A stretch of 64,000 nt of DNA from Lama glama (GCA_028534125.1 CM052816.1:12588001-12652000); one strand, 5' to 3'; shown: positions 14,581 through 27,426, counted from the first letter of the stretch. Notes: generated by a model from the sequence alone, not told the origin. Translations and numbers: made by a program.

Positions 14581-15139
14581 CTTTCTGCATGCCTAAAGCT
14601 TCCCATCTCTGTCACAATTATATTAAGTTTATGAGATAGATGCTTCTTATCACCAATATCAGCACCCTCACTTTCTATACTCTACTCATTTTTTATAAGA
14701 TAATAAGGGCAAGATGCAGTGAAATATTCAGATATTATTCAAACCCTTTCTTACTGGCAAAGATGATAATACAGTTGAAACTGAATTCTCAACTGCAATT
14801 CCTTGCAATACCTTTCACCTTTGTAGCCCTGGGACGTGGATGCAGTGCACTGGTGTTTAGTAGGTGCTTATTAAGTCTATGTTGGTGAATGACAGATTGG
14901 GAGGCAAGTGACACAAGGCATTTGAGATCCCTGAGCCCCTTTTAATTATCCATGACAGAGAGGCAGGGAGGGACGCATAGCATACGTAAACCATTTTGCA
15001 CATTATATGGGTGGAAGAGATGTTGTACAAGCCAGATTAAAATCCCAGGACTGATGCCTCCCAGGTTTGGGACCTTGGACTTTTTTGACTAACTCTTACC
15101 CTCAATGTTTCATACTAAAATGATCACAGTGTTGTTACT

Positions 15140-16190
15140 CTCAAATTCTTTCTTACAACAGTCACACCTTCCACCTTCCTTCAGCCATCCTCTTTCATGG
15201 TCATACCCTGAACTGTGTCGTTACTAATCACTTGATCTTCTGTAAGTTCAGTTTCAAATATCTCACCATCTACGCCCAGCTTTCCAGCTCCTTTTCTCCA
15301 ATAATAGATTCTAACAACCTTTGACTTCATAGGGAACTTCAATCCATTGATCCTACATCTTTTTATCGCCCTTCATCTCCTTCATGTCCTCATTGCATTT
15401 CTTACCTAACTTAAACTCAGTAGTCAATCATTTTAATAACTTTCTTGCATCCATCTTCAGCTTTTCTGCCCCTACTCTGCAAACCTCACACTTGCTGGTT
15501 ATGATCAAATCTGGGCCTGCTCCCCACCTACACCCAAGCAGCTGGACATGGATGGAGAAAAAAATGTACAACATGGCTACTTGCTTCAAGTGAATCCTTA
15601 ATGCTGCAGGTCAGTAACACCCCTCTCTAGTTCATTCACTCTCCCACAGTCCTAGAGAACTATTTTATACCATCTTCTCTCTTTCCAAACCTCACTGACT
15701 TCCTTCCCCATCCTCAATCTTTCAGCTTTTTACTTTACTGAGCAGATAGAAGCAATTCAATCAAAGGGAAATCCCACCAAAGCATATCAACCAACAGTGC
15801 CTGTACACATCGTTCTGTTACTGTTGGTGAGATATATATGTACATATGTATGTGCAGACACATGCATATATGTGACTGTATGCACATAGACTGTTACTGT
15901 GTCTATTGTATATCCATTCTGTATTCATACACCTATTACTGTGAATGAACTAGCAAGGTTTATAACAAAGACAAACTCTATATGAACTCAACTCTGTTCC
16001 TTCCTGCTTACCCAAGGGTATCAATCCAGCTCACACCTCTCTCTCCCACGTTGCTGATTTTTCCCTAAGCCCTGAATCCTTCCTACTAGCATACAAATAC
16101 ACTATCTCTGCTACCATCTTAAGAAAGTAATCTTCTTTTGGCCTCACTTTCTGTTCTACCGTTTAACTTTTATATTTCGCTTTATAGAAA
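15140..16190 (+). mobile_element. L2 LINE internal fragment
   Basis: Pyrimidine-rich sequence with catggtcataccctgaac..., gctggacatggatggagaaaaa and ctagcatacaaatac motifs typical of the L2 ORF2 region. Confidence 0.65.
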
Positions 16191-16224
16191 AGGTCTGTAC
16201 TCTATGGACAAACCAATGTAACTT

Positions 16225-16440
16225 AGCAATAAAAAAAGCATTTGCAGTCCTAGGAGTCAGACAGACTTGACCAGAGTCTTAATCTTGTTTTTATTATTTT
16301 CTAGCTGTGAACTTGGTTGGGTAAGGGTCTTCCTACCTCTCAGTTTCCTCATCTGTAAGATGGGAAAGGTAATCCTCACCTCCTAAGTTTGTTCTAAAGA
16401 GAGAACACTGTAACATCTACAAAGCACTGATCATAGCATC
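16225..16440 (+). mobile_element. MIR SINE
   Basis: ggagtcagacagactt...ctagctgtgaacttgg...tctcagtttcctcatctgtaagatggg. Confidence 0.75.
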
Positions 16441-19400
16441 TGCCATGTGACTTGCGCTCCACCAGTGGCATCTCTAATTTCAGAGCAAAGAGCTCAACGA
16501 AGAAAAACAAAAATCAAAAGAAATGGGGGGAAGCAAGAGGCTATACTTCCCCATCTCTCAGGTTTTAGGATTTTCTTCAAGACTCAGAAGGAAAAGGGGT
16601 TATCAGTGTCAACTGGTTTTAAAACCAAGAATCAATTTTTCTTTTCGGTTTTTGTTTGTAACCGTGCTGTTGTGTACGTCTAGGCTTCAAAGGTAATAGA
16701 AAGCTGCAAGTAACATAAGATAGTTACATCAAAATTATATTCTTAAGTAACTCTCCTCAAATTTAAAACTAGGTAAGCTGGTTTAAAAAAAAGAACACAT
16801 TTTCAGTATATTCTATGAAATTTGAACAGAGTTTCAGGTTAGTCATAGGTTTGTGCTTAAATGTGTCTTTTATCTAGAGACCAGCAGTGCCTGTCAGAAT
16901 ATCTGGATTTATCTGGTTTCAGGTTGCCTCATTTATTTCAGTTTTGCTACAGATTCTAGAATGAGAACTTGCTAATATGCCTTTGTATTTTTTTTAAGAT
17001 ATATGCTTGCTTGCTTGCTTATTTATTTATTTTAATTTATTTTGCTTAGGTATTTAGTGGAGTGGAGGAAGACAAGGATAAAGCCTTCCTATTGCATTTC
17101 AAATGTTTTTGGACATCTTTTTGTACTATGAAATCTTGTGCCTTTTCCTATCTATGGTACCTCAGAAATCAAATTCTTAAAAATAATGCTGTGTAGGAGT
17201 CTCTGAGAGAAGAGATTGTATCCCAGAAGCTCTGTGTGGGTAACTGAGGACACATTTGCAGATTTCAGCCCAATCTGGTTTAATTTTTTTTAAAGCTGTA
17301 TCATGGGAAAATTGCTTTCTTAAGGCTAGAAATGTGAAAGGGAGAGAGAAAGGGAAACCAGCTCTGTCCAGCACCTTCTAGCATTCCACCTGCTGAGGGA
17401 GGCTGTATGTAAGCCCCTCACTCAATCTCGGGAGTCAGCTCCTATGAAGAGCTGCTTTTGGCAGCTCAAAGAAGATAGGTCCGCCATCTGGTATTGCTAT
17501 GGTGTTGCATGGCAGTTACAAGTGCCGGATTTGGGGTTGGGGCAATTGGGATTTGAATTCTGCTTGTAGCAATTACAATTGAGACCGCAGAGCAGTAACT
17601 TGGATCTGTGGAGTAGGGAGAATTATTTTAAAGTTCAGCCCCATCACACACCATGATTTCCATCCGTCCACCTTCACCTTCATTCTTTTTTTTTTTCTTT
17701 TGGCGTCCCTGGGTGAGCACGAATCACTTCATTCTTTATATCAGTAAATGAACTTTCCTCCAACTTAATGCTGCTAGGTGTCTCCCATACAGAAATTCTG
17801 AAGCAGCCACTAACAGCAGCCTTGGGCACATTAAACCTCCCTGAGCCTCAGTTTTTTACATAGAGATTTCATGGGGATTAAATGAGAAATGCTGGACATG
17901 ACACCTGATGTAGAATTCAAATATAAAGGATGGCTATGATTATGGTTAGCACCTCAGAATTTAAATATACACCACTGCACACCTATAGTTTATTTCTGTC
18001 TGCTCAGGAGGATTTCAGCAGCAAATTAAGACAGCAATTATTTGATTACATTGCATCTGGTTGTTTGGAAGAAAACTTGTTTTCCCATAAAAGGAAGCGA
18101 ATTACCAAGGCAAATCACAGACTATAAACAATATGAAAATATAGCTATGATAAAAAGAAAGTGTTCCTGCTGTTTTTATACAGCAGAATATCGCTGGTAT
18201 GAGGGACTATTTGCAAACACCCCCAAAATAGATTTTGTTTACAATTAATTCTTGTTGTCAGGATAGAAAGCACCATCTCAACCAGAGATTTTACCACAGT
18301 CCCTTAAGCTTTTTGGAGGAAATATACATTATACTGATCTAATAAAATAATATACTAACCTCAGGCTTTATTCACAATATATAAAACAATTCCAGACTAC
18401 TAGGGGAAAGCATATAAAGTCAGTTGTGATGACCATTTTCCATGCTCTCTTTCACTAGCAACAACTCCCATTGCTTGTGTTGTTACAAAAAAAACCCCAA
18501 AAAACAAAAAACAAAAAACAAACAAACAAAAAGTACAGTGGATAATTAAAGTAATTTTCTCCATAATATACCAAAGATAGGAGCAAAATTCATTTACTTT
18601 TGCTCTTTATCTTTTCTAATAATTGCCTTTCTCCAGTCCATCCTTCATTTAGATTTGTCCTAAGAACTAAACATAGTCAAATGAAAATAACAAAAGTAGA
18701 AAGGAATGCACAGTTAAGAACCTGAGCAAAAATATAAAAAGCTAATTTTTCAAAAGACAGAAATTCACCATATGTTTAGAATGCCTGGGTTAAAGTTTTC
18801 AAACAGCTACTCTGAGCCTTAAGTTTCCTGAAATTGCCCCAAAAGCCACCATGGAAAAAGCAAAAAAAAAAAAGGAGGAGTAGGGAGGAACATCTTACAC
18901 CCAATTCCCACTTCAATAAAAGTGTCACTTTTAAAGATTCTGTATGGTAGCTTTGACCTAGGACTTCATTTACAGCCTGAAGACTCAGAGAGGAGACTGA
19001 ATCATGAAATCATGAGAGCTCCCTACTTCCCAGGATGCTCTGATTTTATAAATCAAGTTGGCAAACTTCCTAGCATAAAGGTTCGCTGCAAGCTTCCATC
19101 CAGCATCACAGTTTACGGGGCTTCAGTAAGGGGTTTGTTTTTGTCCATTTAGCCTGTGCCTTCACACCACGGGTGCACAGTCATTTCATAAGCAGAGGAT
19201 TCCAACCCAGACCCAACACATCTTTGATTCTATGCTGCTCAGTCTTATATAGTGATAATGCTGATGCTGCAGTCCTATTCAGCCTTTTTGGGGTTTTTTT
19301 GACCATCAGTATCCAAATGCTTTAACAACTTTCTAAATGACCAGACTTAGCCTTTCTCTTCTTGGACGGAGTTACCTTTCCTTAAGACATTCTCTGGACG

Positions 19401-19681
19401 TTCACTTAAGCTCAGATAAAATCTGTCTTAACAACCGACGGCTAATAAAGCAACACGGTCACTTGACACGTGTCCTATAGTTTGCTATTCAATGTCCTAT
19501 GAGTTTCACTGCTCCTGTTATACAGTTGAGGTACCCGAGTGTTGGAGAGGGTACATGATGAATCAAAGCCAGTTTCCCCACTTCTGTCCACATTTTCTTT
19601 TATCCTTTCTTGTAAGGTTTAATTTGTCCTTTTCTGTTTCTGTCATTTGTTTCTACTATACTAGCCAGAGATAGATAGATT

Positions 19682-19730
19682 GTATATATTATATATATGT
19701 ACACGTGTGTGTATATGTGTGTGTGTGTAT

Positions 19731-19783
<53 letters not shown>
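19682..19783. repeat. Compound (TA)/(TG)/(CA)/(TA) microsatellite
   Basis: Directly visible. Confidence 0.97.
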
Positions 19784-19786
<3 letters not shown>

Positions 19787-19849
19787 AGTTGCCCTCAGCA
19801 TGAGAGAGAATCCTACTGTGATAATTTTACATGGTGGGGTAAGGAAGAT

Positions 19850-20230
19850 AGAGAAAAGATAACTTCTTGAGTGCCTACCACGCACCAGGCATTGCACTAG
19901 ATGCTAGGGTTACAGGAGAACAGGACAGAGTTCCTAGCTCCCGACCCCGTCAAGCAAATACTTACACGTGTGCACACTGCTATGGTGGAAACACAGTGCT
20001 GGACAATGAGGAAGACATGGGCTCCTTCTGCTGGGGTGGTGCTGGGAGGCCCTTCCAAGGAAAGCCCATTAAAGCCTGACTCAAGCAAGGAGCGGCGGGA
20101 AGAGTCCACCAGTGCAGCGGCTCGAGGGGGCGGCAGACTGGCCTACTGTAAGAATGGTTAGAAGGCCATGTGACAGCACTATGGATGGACCAGTGCCCTC
20201 AGAAAGGGGCAGGAGAGGTGAGCACACCAA
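19850..20230 (-). mobile_element. L2 LINE 3' fragment
   Basis: ttgagtgcctaccacgcaccaggcattgcactagatgctagggttaca...gaacaggacaga...gggaggcccttccaaggaa. Confidence 0.65.
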
Positions 20231-22858
20231 GGGAACTATAGGAATGTGTTACGTGGTGCCTTTTTCCTTTCTCTAAAGTCAGGAAGTGTGTGTGCGATTA
20301 GTCCAGAGTGGAACCAGTGAGAAGCAGCTTGACATTTGTTTGGATAGTGGGCAAGATCAGCTCCAACAGATCCATATTCCCCCAGTTTCTTCTTCTAGGT
20401 CCAAACATACTATTTGTACAACGAACAAAAAGAGCCTAGAGGTGAAGTGCGCAGATATTAATGAGATGAGCGAACAGGACGGCGTGACCTTGGCTTAATC
20501 CCCCCAGTACTGCCATGAGGGAAGCTTCCTCGTTCTCCTTTTACAGATTAATGTTCTGAGGTATAAAGAGGTTAAAACACTCACCCAAGAGTGCCCTAAC
20601 AGGAAGGCACGAAACTAAGGTTTTTATCCAGGTAAGTCTGAGGCTGTTAGAAAACTCAACCAGATTTACACTGTCACTCACAGGGTGCATCCATTTTTAA
20701 CAAAGTATCAAATAAAAATGACATTTTCATTTATTTTACATTTCATATTTTATTGCTTTACATTTTACTTCTTCAAAATTTTACATTTAATTCCTTTCAA
20801 ATAAAATTAACATGGTATTCCTTTCATTCTTTAAAATTTCACATTTTATTTCTTTATTCCTTTAAAATGTGGTGTTATGAATTTATTCATTCATTCCACA
20901 AATGCTTACTGAGACATCCTGTCTGTTCAGCACTGGGTAGTTACTGAAAAAGAGTTATGCATGAGATTGACAAGCTACATCAGGAACCCTTAAAGTTAAA
21001 ATAATAATAATGACACTACTTTGGGAATCATTATAAAAGGACACCACAGATACCATTATAAACCATCTTTAAAATTGACTACTGATCATCTAAGGCTATC
21101 ATTTGACTTCTGATTTTGCACACACACTTTCGTAAGACAAAGATTTGCATGGAGGGGAACACTGAAGAAGAGTTTAAAAAGGAAGATGTTGGTTCCTGGA
21201 GTAAGCACAATCATTCTCACTGGAAATTATGGAACTAATTAAATGAGAAATGAAATGGTTGCTAATGATCTTAAGATTCTCTTAAGCCATCCTAGATACA
21301 ACTTTTATGACTCCATCAGCCAGCTAGTATCTTACAGTCAACAGATGCAATAAAGTTTTCAGAATCTCCTCCTCTCTCAGCAAAGATATAAAATCTGGTT
21401 AAATTTCCTGATCTCCCAAGTTCAGATTAGGATCTCCCTCTCTATCCTCATATCAATTTATACTTCTCCACCACACAAGATTGAAATTGCCCGTTTGTTA
21501 GTCTCATCTCTCCCTAAACGATATGCTCCCTGAAAACATGGACCATATGTTTCTTGTTCACAGGTGAGTCCCTGGAACTGCGTGCAGCCTCAGGTGCATG
21601 GTAGGTGCTTGATATAGATTCTAGAAGAAGTGGACGAGTCAACCATTGCAGAGATGCTTAGGAACCCAACACACACAAAAGCAAAGGCATGGCAAGGTCC
21701 CGGGGCCTGGCATGTACTCGCATGGCCAGAAGGTAAAAACAGAATTCTGTATAAGCAACTAAGGCTAGACCACACTCTGCCTCTTAAAGGAGGTCATTCT
21801 GATGAAGGGATGGCACGATCTTGGTCTAAAACTAGATTGCACAGCACGATGTGTTTTTGTTATTTTGTCTGAGTAAAAGGATGCAGATAATGGAAGGTTT
21901 GAAGGGCCTGCAGTTTCCAATCCATGAGGTCTGTGCACACTGTGAATCACTTCCCCGGCAGATTGTGGAGAAGTCCTAGAAAATCGTTAGCCTGAGGACT
22001 CTGTGAATCAGGATTTCAGTTCTTTGCATACGGATGATATTTTTTATATTTTTTACCCACTTCACTTGGACAATCCTATGAAACACAAAAAGGTGCCTTA
22101 TGGAAGGCAGGTTCTCAGTAAGTGTAAAGCAATCAGATCTTTCCAAACAAATAAGTATTTCACATTGCTGGGTATACAAAGGCCTGAAAATGGCCTTTAA
22201 GATATTGAAAGTATCACACAACATACTGATCACTTATCATTAGTCATTACTGTTCCAGACCACAGGATTGTCTATCCTGAAAAGCCAAGCATCACTGCTC
22301 ATTTTCCAAGGCATGCTCTCCTTATCCAAAGAGAAATGAGCATCGTGCCAGTTCACTGCAGCTTGACAAGCTGTACAACCCTACACAGGTATCCTTCTGC
22401 TTAAAGGAAAAAAAAAAAAAGATATTTCACCTAGTTGGCTAGAAAGCAAATTAAGGAAAATGAAATCCTATTTTCCATTCATGTTACAGGGTGAATTTGC
22501 AGGCACGTGCCCTTAGGAAAATTTCTCCATCTGAATAATTGAATGCTTAAAGCTGTAAGGAAATGTGCCACGATGCCTGACCAGTGCTTGTGCCTCTCTT
22601 TGTCCACCAGCTCTTTTTCTGTTAAGGGCTTGGCGACACTGCTCCAAGTCTAGAGAATTCCCTTGGTTTTGATTTTATGCTTCTGCCACACTCTAACAGG
22701 CATGTGCCCCGTTTCCCTTATCCCAGTCACTAGAATTTCTCTGCTGTTCCAAGACTCTCTTCACAGAACAATCACCATTACCAGAGCCCAGCTCTCCTTT
22801 TCTCTGTATAGCAACCCAGCAGTGTTGATCTGCTGTCTACAGTATTGCCTAAAATAGA

Positions 22859-23183
22859 AAATAATCCCATTTGCAGCAAAAATAATGCCATTTGCAGCAA
22901 CATGGGTGGACCTAGAGATCGTCATTCTAAGTGAAGTTAGCCAGAAAGAGAAAGAAAAATACCATATGATATCACTCATATGTGGAATCTAAACAAACAA
23001 ACAAAAAAGACAAATGAACTTATTTACAAAACAGAAACAGACTCACAGACATAGAAAACAATCTTAGGATTATTGGGGAAAGAGGGTGGGAAGGGATAAA
23101 TTTGAGAGTTTAAGATTTACCAATGTTAGCTACTACATATGAAAATAGGTTTTTGAAAAAGTTTCCTCCGTTAAAAAAAAAAA
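22859..23183 (+). mobile_element. Younger artiodactyl/camelid-type L1 3' fragment (ORF2 end + partial 3'UTR + A-tail)
   Basis: aataatgccatttgcagcaacatgggtggacctagagat...ctaagtgaagt...aaataccatatgatatcactcatatgtggaatcta...gaacttatttacaaaacagaaacagactcacagacatagaaaac. Confidence 0.9.
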
Positions 23184-24074
23184 AGAATAAATATGGCCCA
23201 ACAACAGCAAAGAAGAATCTACAGCAGCCTGAAAATCTCTTAAGATTGCACTATGTTATGTATAAAGAATGGGTTGCCTCCCATTTTCATCCACGTAACT
23301 AGTTCACAATCACATTCTATCCCATATGTTCAGAATAAAAGGTCGCTATAAATGGGGGTGTGGAAGTTATTGGAACTTTCTGCTCTGGGATGGGAATGAT
23401 GAATAAAAGTAGAAAAGTATGAATTTCTTCACATAGCGCAGTGTTTGAGTGGGTCACACAGTAGCAGCCCCGTTAGCTCTTATTTCCTTTTAAAGTCACA
23501 CAGGACAGCTACTCACAGTGCGAAGCAAAATGTCTTGTTTTCATTTCTGGAGCGTTTTGAATGATCTTATTGTCGTGGGTGCACTCAATAACCACTTTCT
23601 GTGACCACGAAGGGGAAGACTCCTTAGGCCGAGACTCATAAAAGGTTATTCTAATGCTGCTGTGACCGAATATATAATTTAAATTGTACTCTAACTTTTC
23701 AATTCTACCACGAATTATCCTGGGTTCCGAAAAGCCACGCGTTGAAAACAAGGTGAAGGGAAAAGCCATTATTAATGACTTCCATTAAGGAATCGCTCGG
23801 GGGAAGAAAAGAGTTACTGGAATCGAGGCCTCTGGAAGGGTTTGCTTTTCTGTTTATTCAGATTCAATTAAAATGAAGAGCTTGAATTTCCTCTTGAAAA
23901 GCCACTTCTAGATGTTTTTGTTTGCCTGTTTGTTTTTAATCGGCATAGAATCAACAGACTGAACAAAGTGTCCAAGAGAACTACCAGACAGCACCAGGTA
24001 AGTTACTTACAGGAAGCCTGTCTCTCGTCACGCCGGTATTCCCGGAGGTCTTCGCCATTCTATACCAACCCTTC

Positions 24075-24610
24075 CGGCTGCTGCACACGCACTTTATACG
24101 TAACAGCCCCATCAGTCCTCGTGACAACTCTGTGAGCGTGTACCGTTGTTACCGTCTCCATTTCCCAGGTGAAGAAACTGAGACACGGAAGTAAAGTCAT
24201 TTTCCTGTGATCAAAGCTAGGCAGTGAGTTCCTCTTCCTAGAATAAACTTTGTTTTCAAAAAAATTAAAAAAAAATAAAAGGACTGATGCTTCAATTCCA
24301 CCTCCAAAAAAAAAAAAAAAAAAAGGCTTACTTGGGGATCAAAGGATGTGGATCCCATTTCCCAAGTGCTAAAGGTGGCCATCTCTAATAGATTTCTAAA
24401 AGGTACATGTGTTGTATCTTTGCTTTTACTGGAAATTTATTGCAGTAATACTAATCAATGCTGAGAAGGGGGTGGGTAGTGGTGTTGTGATTTTTCTCTT
24501 CTGAAACACAATCAATAAACCATAGTTCCGTTTAAAAAAAAAAAAAAGCTAGGGATTTACACTCAAGCAGTCTGGGCTCCAACACCCAGGCTCTTAGCCA
24601 CCATGTCATG
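24075..24610 (-). mobile_element. MIR SINE interrupted by the retro-insert at 24222-24544
   Basis: tcctcgtgacaactctgtgag...ctccatttcccaggtgaagaaactgagacac before the insert, and gggatttacactcaagcagtctgggctcca...gctcttagccac after it. Confidence 0.75.
24222..24544 (+). pseudogene. 5'-truncated polyadenylated retro-insert (3'UTR-like retrocopy or 3' transduction, source gene not recognised) inside a MIR
   Basis: Flanked by the direct repeat aaagctagg (24213-24221 and 24545-24553). AATAAA at 24514-24519 and an A-tail from 24534. It interrupts a minus-strand MIR that resumes after the tail. Confidence 0.7.
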
Positions 24611-25164
24611 ATGCCTCTGGCGTTAAAGAATGACCACTTCTTTGGGAGGGAGGGGGAAGGGAGAGCAAGTCATTTGGCAGGAAGATTGGGAAGGCAGCCT
24701 GGTCAGTCTCGCCCCACACGTAGCGTGCTAGCAGGGCTCCTCCCCTATTGTGGCTATTTGCTCAACTTTGCAGCACTTGTCTGAATCCTAAGTCCCTCCT
24801 TGGGTTGCTCCTTAAACCCTGGCCCCACCCCAGCTTCAATTTGCTCCTGCTTGGGTGAACCAACTAAAAGGAAAGCACAGGAGACTTCGCTGCTGGTAAG
24901 TGTTTTCCTTGGTTCCCTGGGGCTAGCGTCTCAGGGCAGGTGCTAAGAGCAGAGCATCTTAAGGTGAGAATTCCAATTTGTGTGTAAAGTGCTTAGCGCA
25001 GGGCCAGAAGAACTCAGTGCGAGTTAGGAAATGCCATTATCCTTATCAATCACATCATCACTGCTCTCCAGTTCTTCTGTTCAGGGATAATGTAATGGTA
25101 GATCCAAGACAGTGGCACCTAGGACTGTAACAGAACTCTGTGGTGGGCATTTAGCTTCCTTCTT

Positions 25165-25990
25165 TGAGAAATATTGATGGAGTGCCTCCACTTTTGCCAG
25201 GTCCTATGCCTGGTATCATGATGAAGGTGACAGATGCAGTTCCCATCTTCACAGAGCTTGCAGCGTAACCTTAGAGAAACAGCTAAATAAGCAAGTAATA
25301 CAGTATTATCGGTACCACAGTAAAGGAAAATAGGGTCCTACAGGGCAAAGACCAGAAGGGCCTAATCTAGATATGGTGGCTAGAAAGGCTCGCCAGAAAA
25401 AGTAACCCCTAGATTGGGACCTGCAGTATTTGGGTAATCAAAGAAGGTGGGGGAAAAATTTCGGGCAACGGGAACATCACGTACAAAACGGAAGAAGCAA
25501 GTGCATAACAGCATTTGGGACCTGAAAGAAATAGCGTATAGTGAGATGAAAAATGCCAGGGGCGGGATGGCAACACAAGAGGCTAGAGACAGAATCAGAG
25601 GTCATTTCATGAAGAGCTGTGACTCATGGGAAGGAGCGACATGGTCAGGCTCACGTTTTCTCATCATTTTTGCAGCAGGAAGAACAGACCCAAGGAGACG
25701 ACACCAGATGTGGGTGGGGAGGGCAACTTCAGCTTTTATGCGGCAGTCTCTCAGAGCAATGCCAGCGGCCTGGGCCAGACTGGCATCAGTGGAGATGGGA
25801 AGAAATGGATGGACTTGAGACGGATGAAGGAAAAGAACCAACAGGATTTGGAGACTGGAGAAGTGGTTAGGGAGAAAGAGGGGCCACTCAGGTTTCGTTC
25901 TTCCCTGGGCAACAGGGCAACTACGCAACTAATGAAGCCATTTGCTGAGATAAGGAACTCAAGGAGAGAAGAGGTTTGAGAAACATATAT
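25165..25990 (-). mobile_element. L2 LINE fragment
   Basis: aaatattgatggagtgcct...tcttcacagagcttgcag...ggcatcagtggagatgggaagaaatggatggacttgaga...gccatttgctgagataaggaac. Confidence 0.75.
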
Positions 25991-26739
25991 CACAAGTTAC
26001 ATGCATCAGCGTAGTTCAAAGAATCAAATAATATAACAGTGGAATAGCCAGGAGCAACCTTCCCACCCCACACGGTACTGCCTCCCAGTCAGCAGGATCC
26101 AGAGCACATCTTGGTAGGTTCCCTGCACCCTGATGCTAGCCCAGACTAGCGACAAGAACAGCAGTAGAATACTAGATAGCTCTTGAAAGGCTGGAAAGAA
26201 AAACAGGGGCCTCTTGTACGGCTTGTTGTATCACTAGAATCAGCTTGAACAATGGCGAGAAGAGATCCCAGTTGCTATCTGTCCATATGATGAGTATGAA
26301 AAAAACAAGAAAATGATGCCCCTTGCCCCTAAAACATAAAGCATTTCAATCTGTCAAAGCAAATTAAAAATAGACTTCCCGCGAAGATTTCTTGCGAGAA
26401 ATTCTGAACTTGAATCTGATCAAGCCTCTAGAATCAGGTGTTAAGCTCAAACAAATTTACAGAATATATAGAGGTCGGAAAAAAATGTGTTAATGACAGC
26501 ACAGAGATCATAGAGATGGATGAGCAAAGCCCATAATACCAGGCTTTTGCTGTGATAAACAACTGAGCTTCTTCTAACAAATAAATCGAAAAAGAAAAGA
26601 AAGAAAGAGGGAGAGAGAGAGAAGAAGGGAGAAAGAAAAGGAGGGAGGGAAAGATTAGAAGAGACTGAAAATATGCATTTTGCTGCTTTCTGGTATATGT
26701 TCTATGCATTCTTTAAATTTTGAAAGAGAAAAGAAATAG

Positions 26740-27120
26740 TAAATCAGAGATTATGCATGGACCTCATTTGACTCTTGATTCAAACAAGCCAACTTTAAAA
26801 AAATAGCGTGAGAAAATCAAAGAAGCTTGAACACCACCTAGACATTAAAAGATATTAAAGGATTGTTAATTTTGTATGTGATAATGGTGTTGTGACGCTT
26901 TTTAAAATTCATTTGCTTTTAGAAACATATAGGATTAGTATTGGCGGATGAGTGAATTGATTGATGTATGAAATTTTCTTCAAAATAACCCAGTGCAGAC
27001 AGAAAAGAAAGTAAGTAGAAATACATACGAAACAAGATTAGTCTTGTAATGATTATTGTAATTTTTGGAGCTGGGTGTCTCTACATTTGGATGCATTCGA
27101 AAATCTCTGTACAAAAATGT
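26740..27120 (+). mobile_element. Old L1MC/ME 3' fragment
   Basis: atggacctcatttgactcttgattcaaacaagccaact...gatattaaaggattgttaattttg...tgataatggtgttgtg pattern. Confidence 0.6.
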
Positions 27121-27421
27121 TTTAGCTGACTTGCCAAGAAATGCAGTATCTGAGGAAAGCTGTAGCAAAGACCAAAGAAAAAGAGCAACAGTCAGCTATG
27201 ATGCAGAAACTGAGCACTGCTTCTCAATTTCTGAAGAATTGTTTTCAGTGCATTGGACTGGCACTCTCTCCTATGCACAGTCACTCCTCTCCCTGGTTGG
27301 TGTTTGGAGATGTTCCGAATGGAGCTTTGTGGCACATTCTCAGCTATTTCCACTTCTAATTCCTTTGATATGATCCAAACCTCATTAGGCTGTCGGAGAC
27401 ATTTGGTCTTCTCTTTCCATG

Positions 27422-27426
<5 letters not shown>

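Noticed and set aside
17361..17376. REST/NRSE half-site-like ctgtcc and cagcacc
   Set aside because: The halves overlap in non-canonical orientation, and I found no full 21-bp NRSE in the window.
25447..25993. Cluster of 80-123 aa ORFs on both strands
   Set aside because: They lie within a decayed L2 fragment and give no credible protein.
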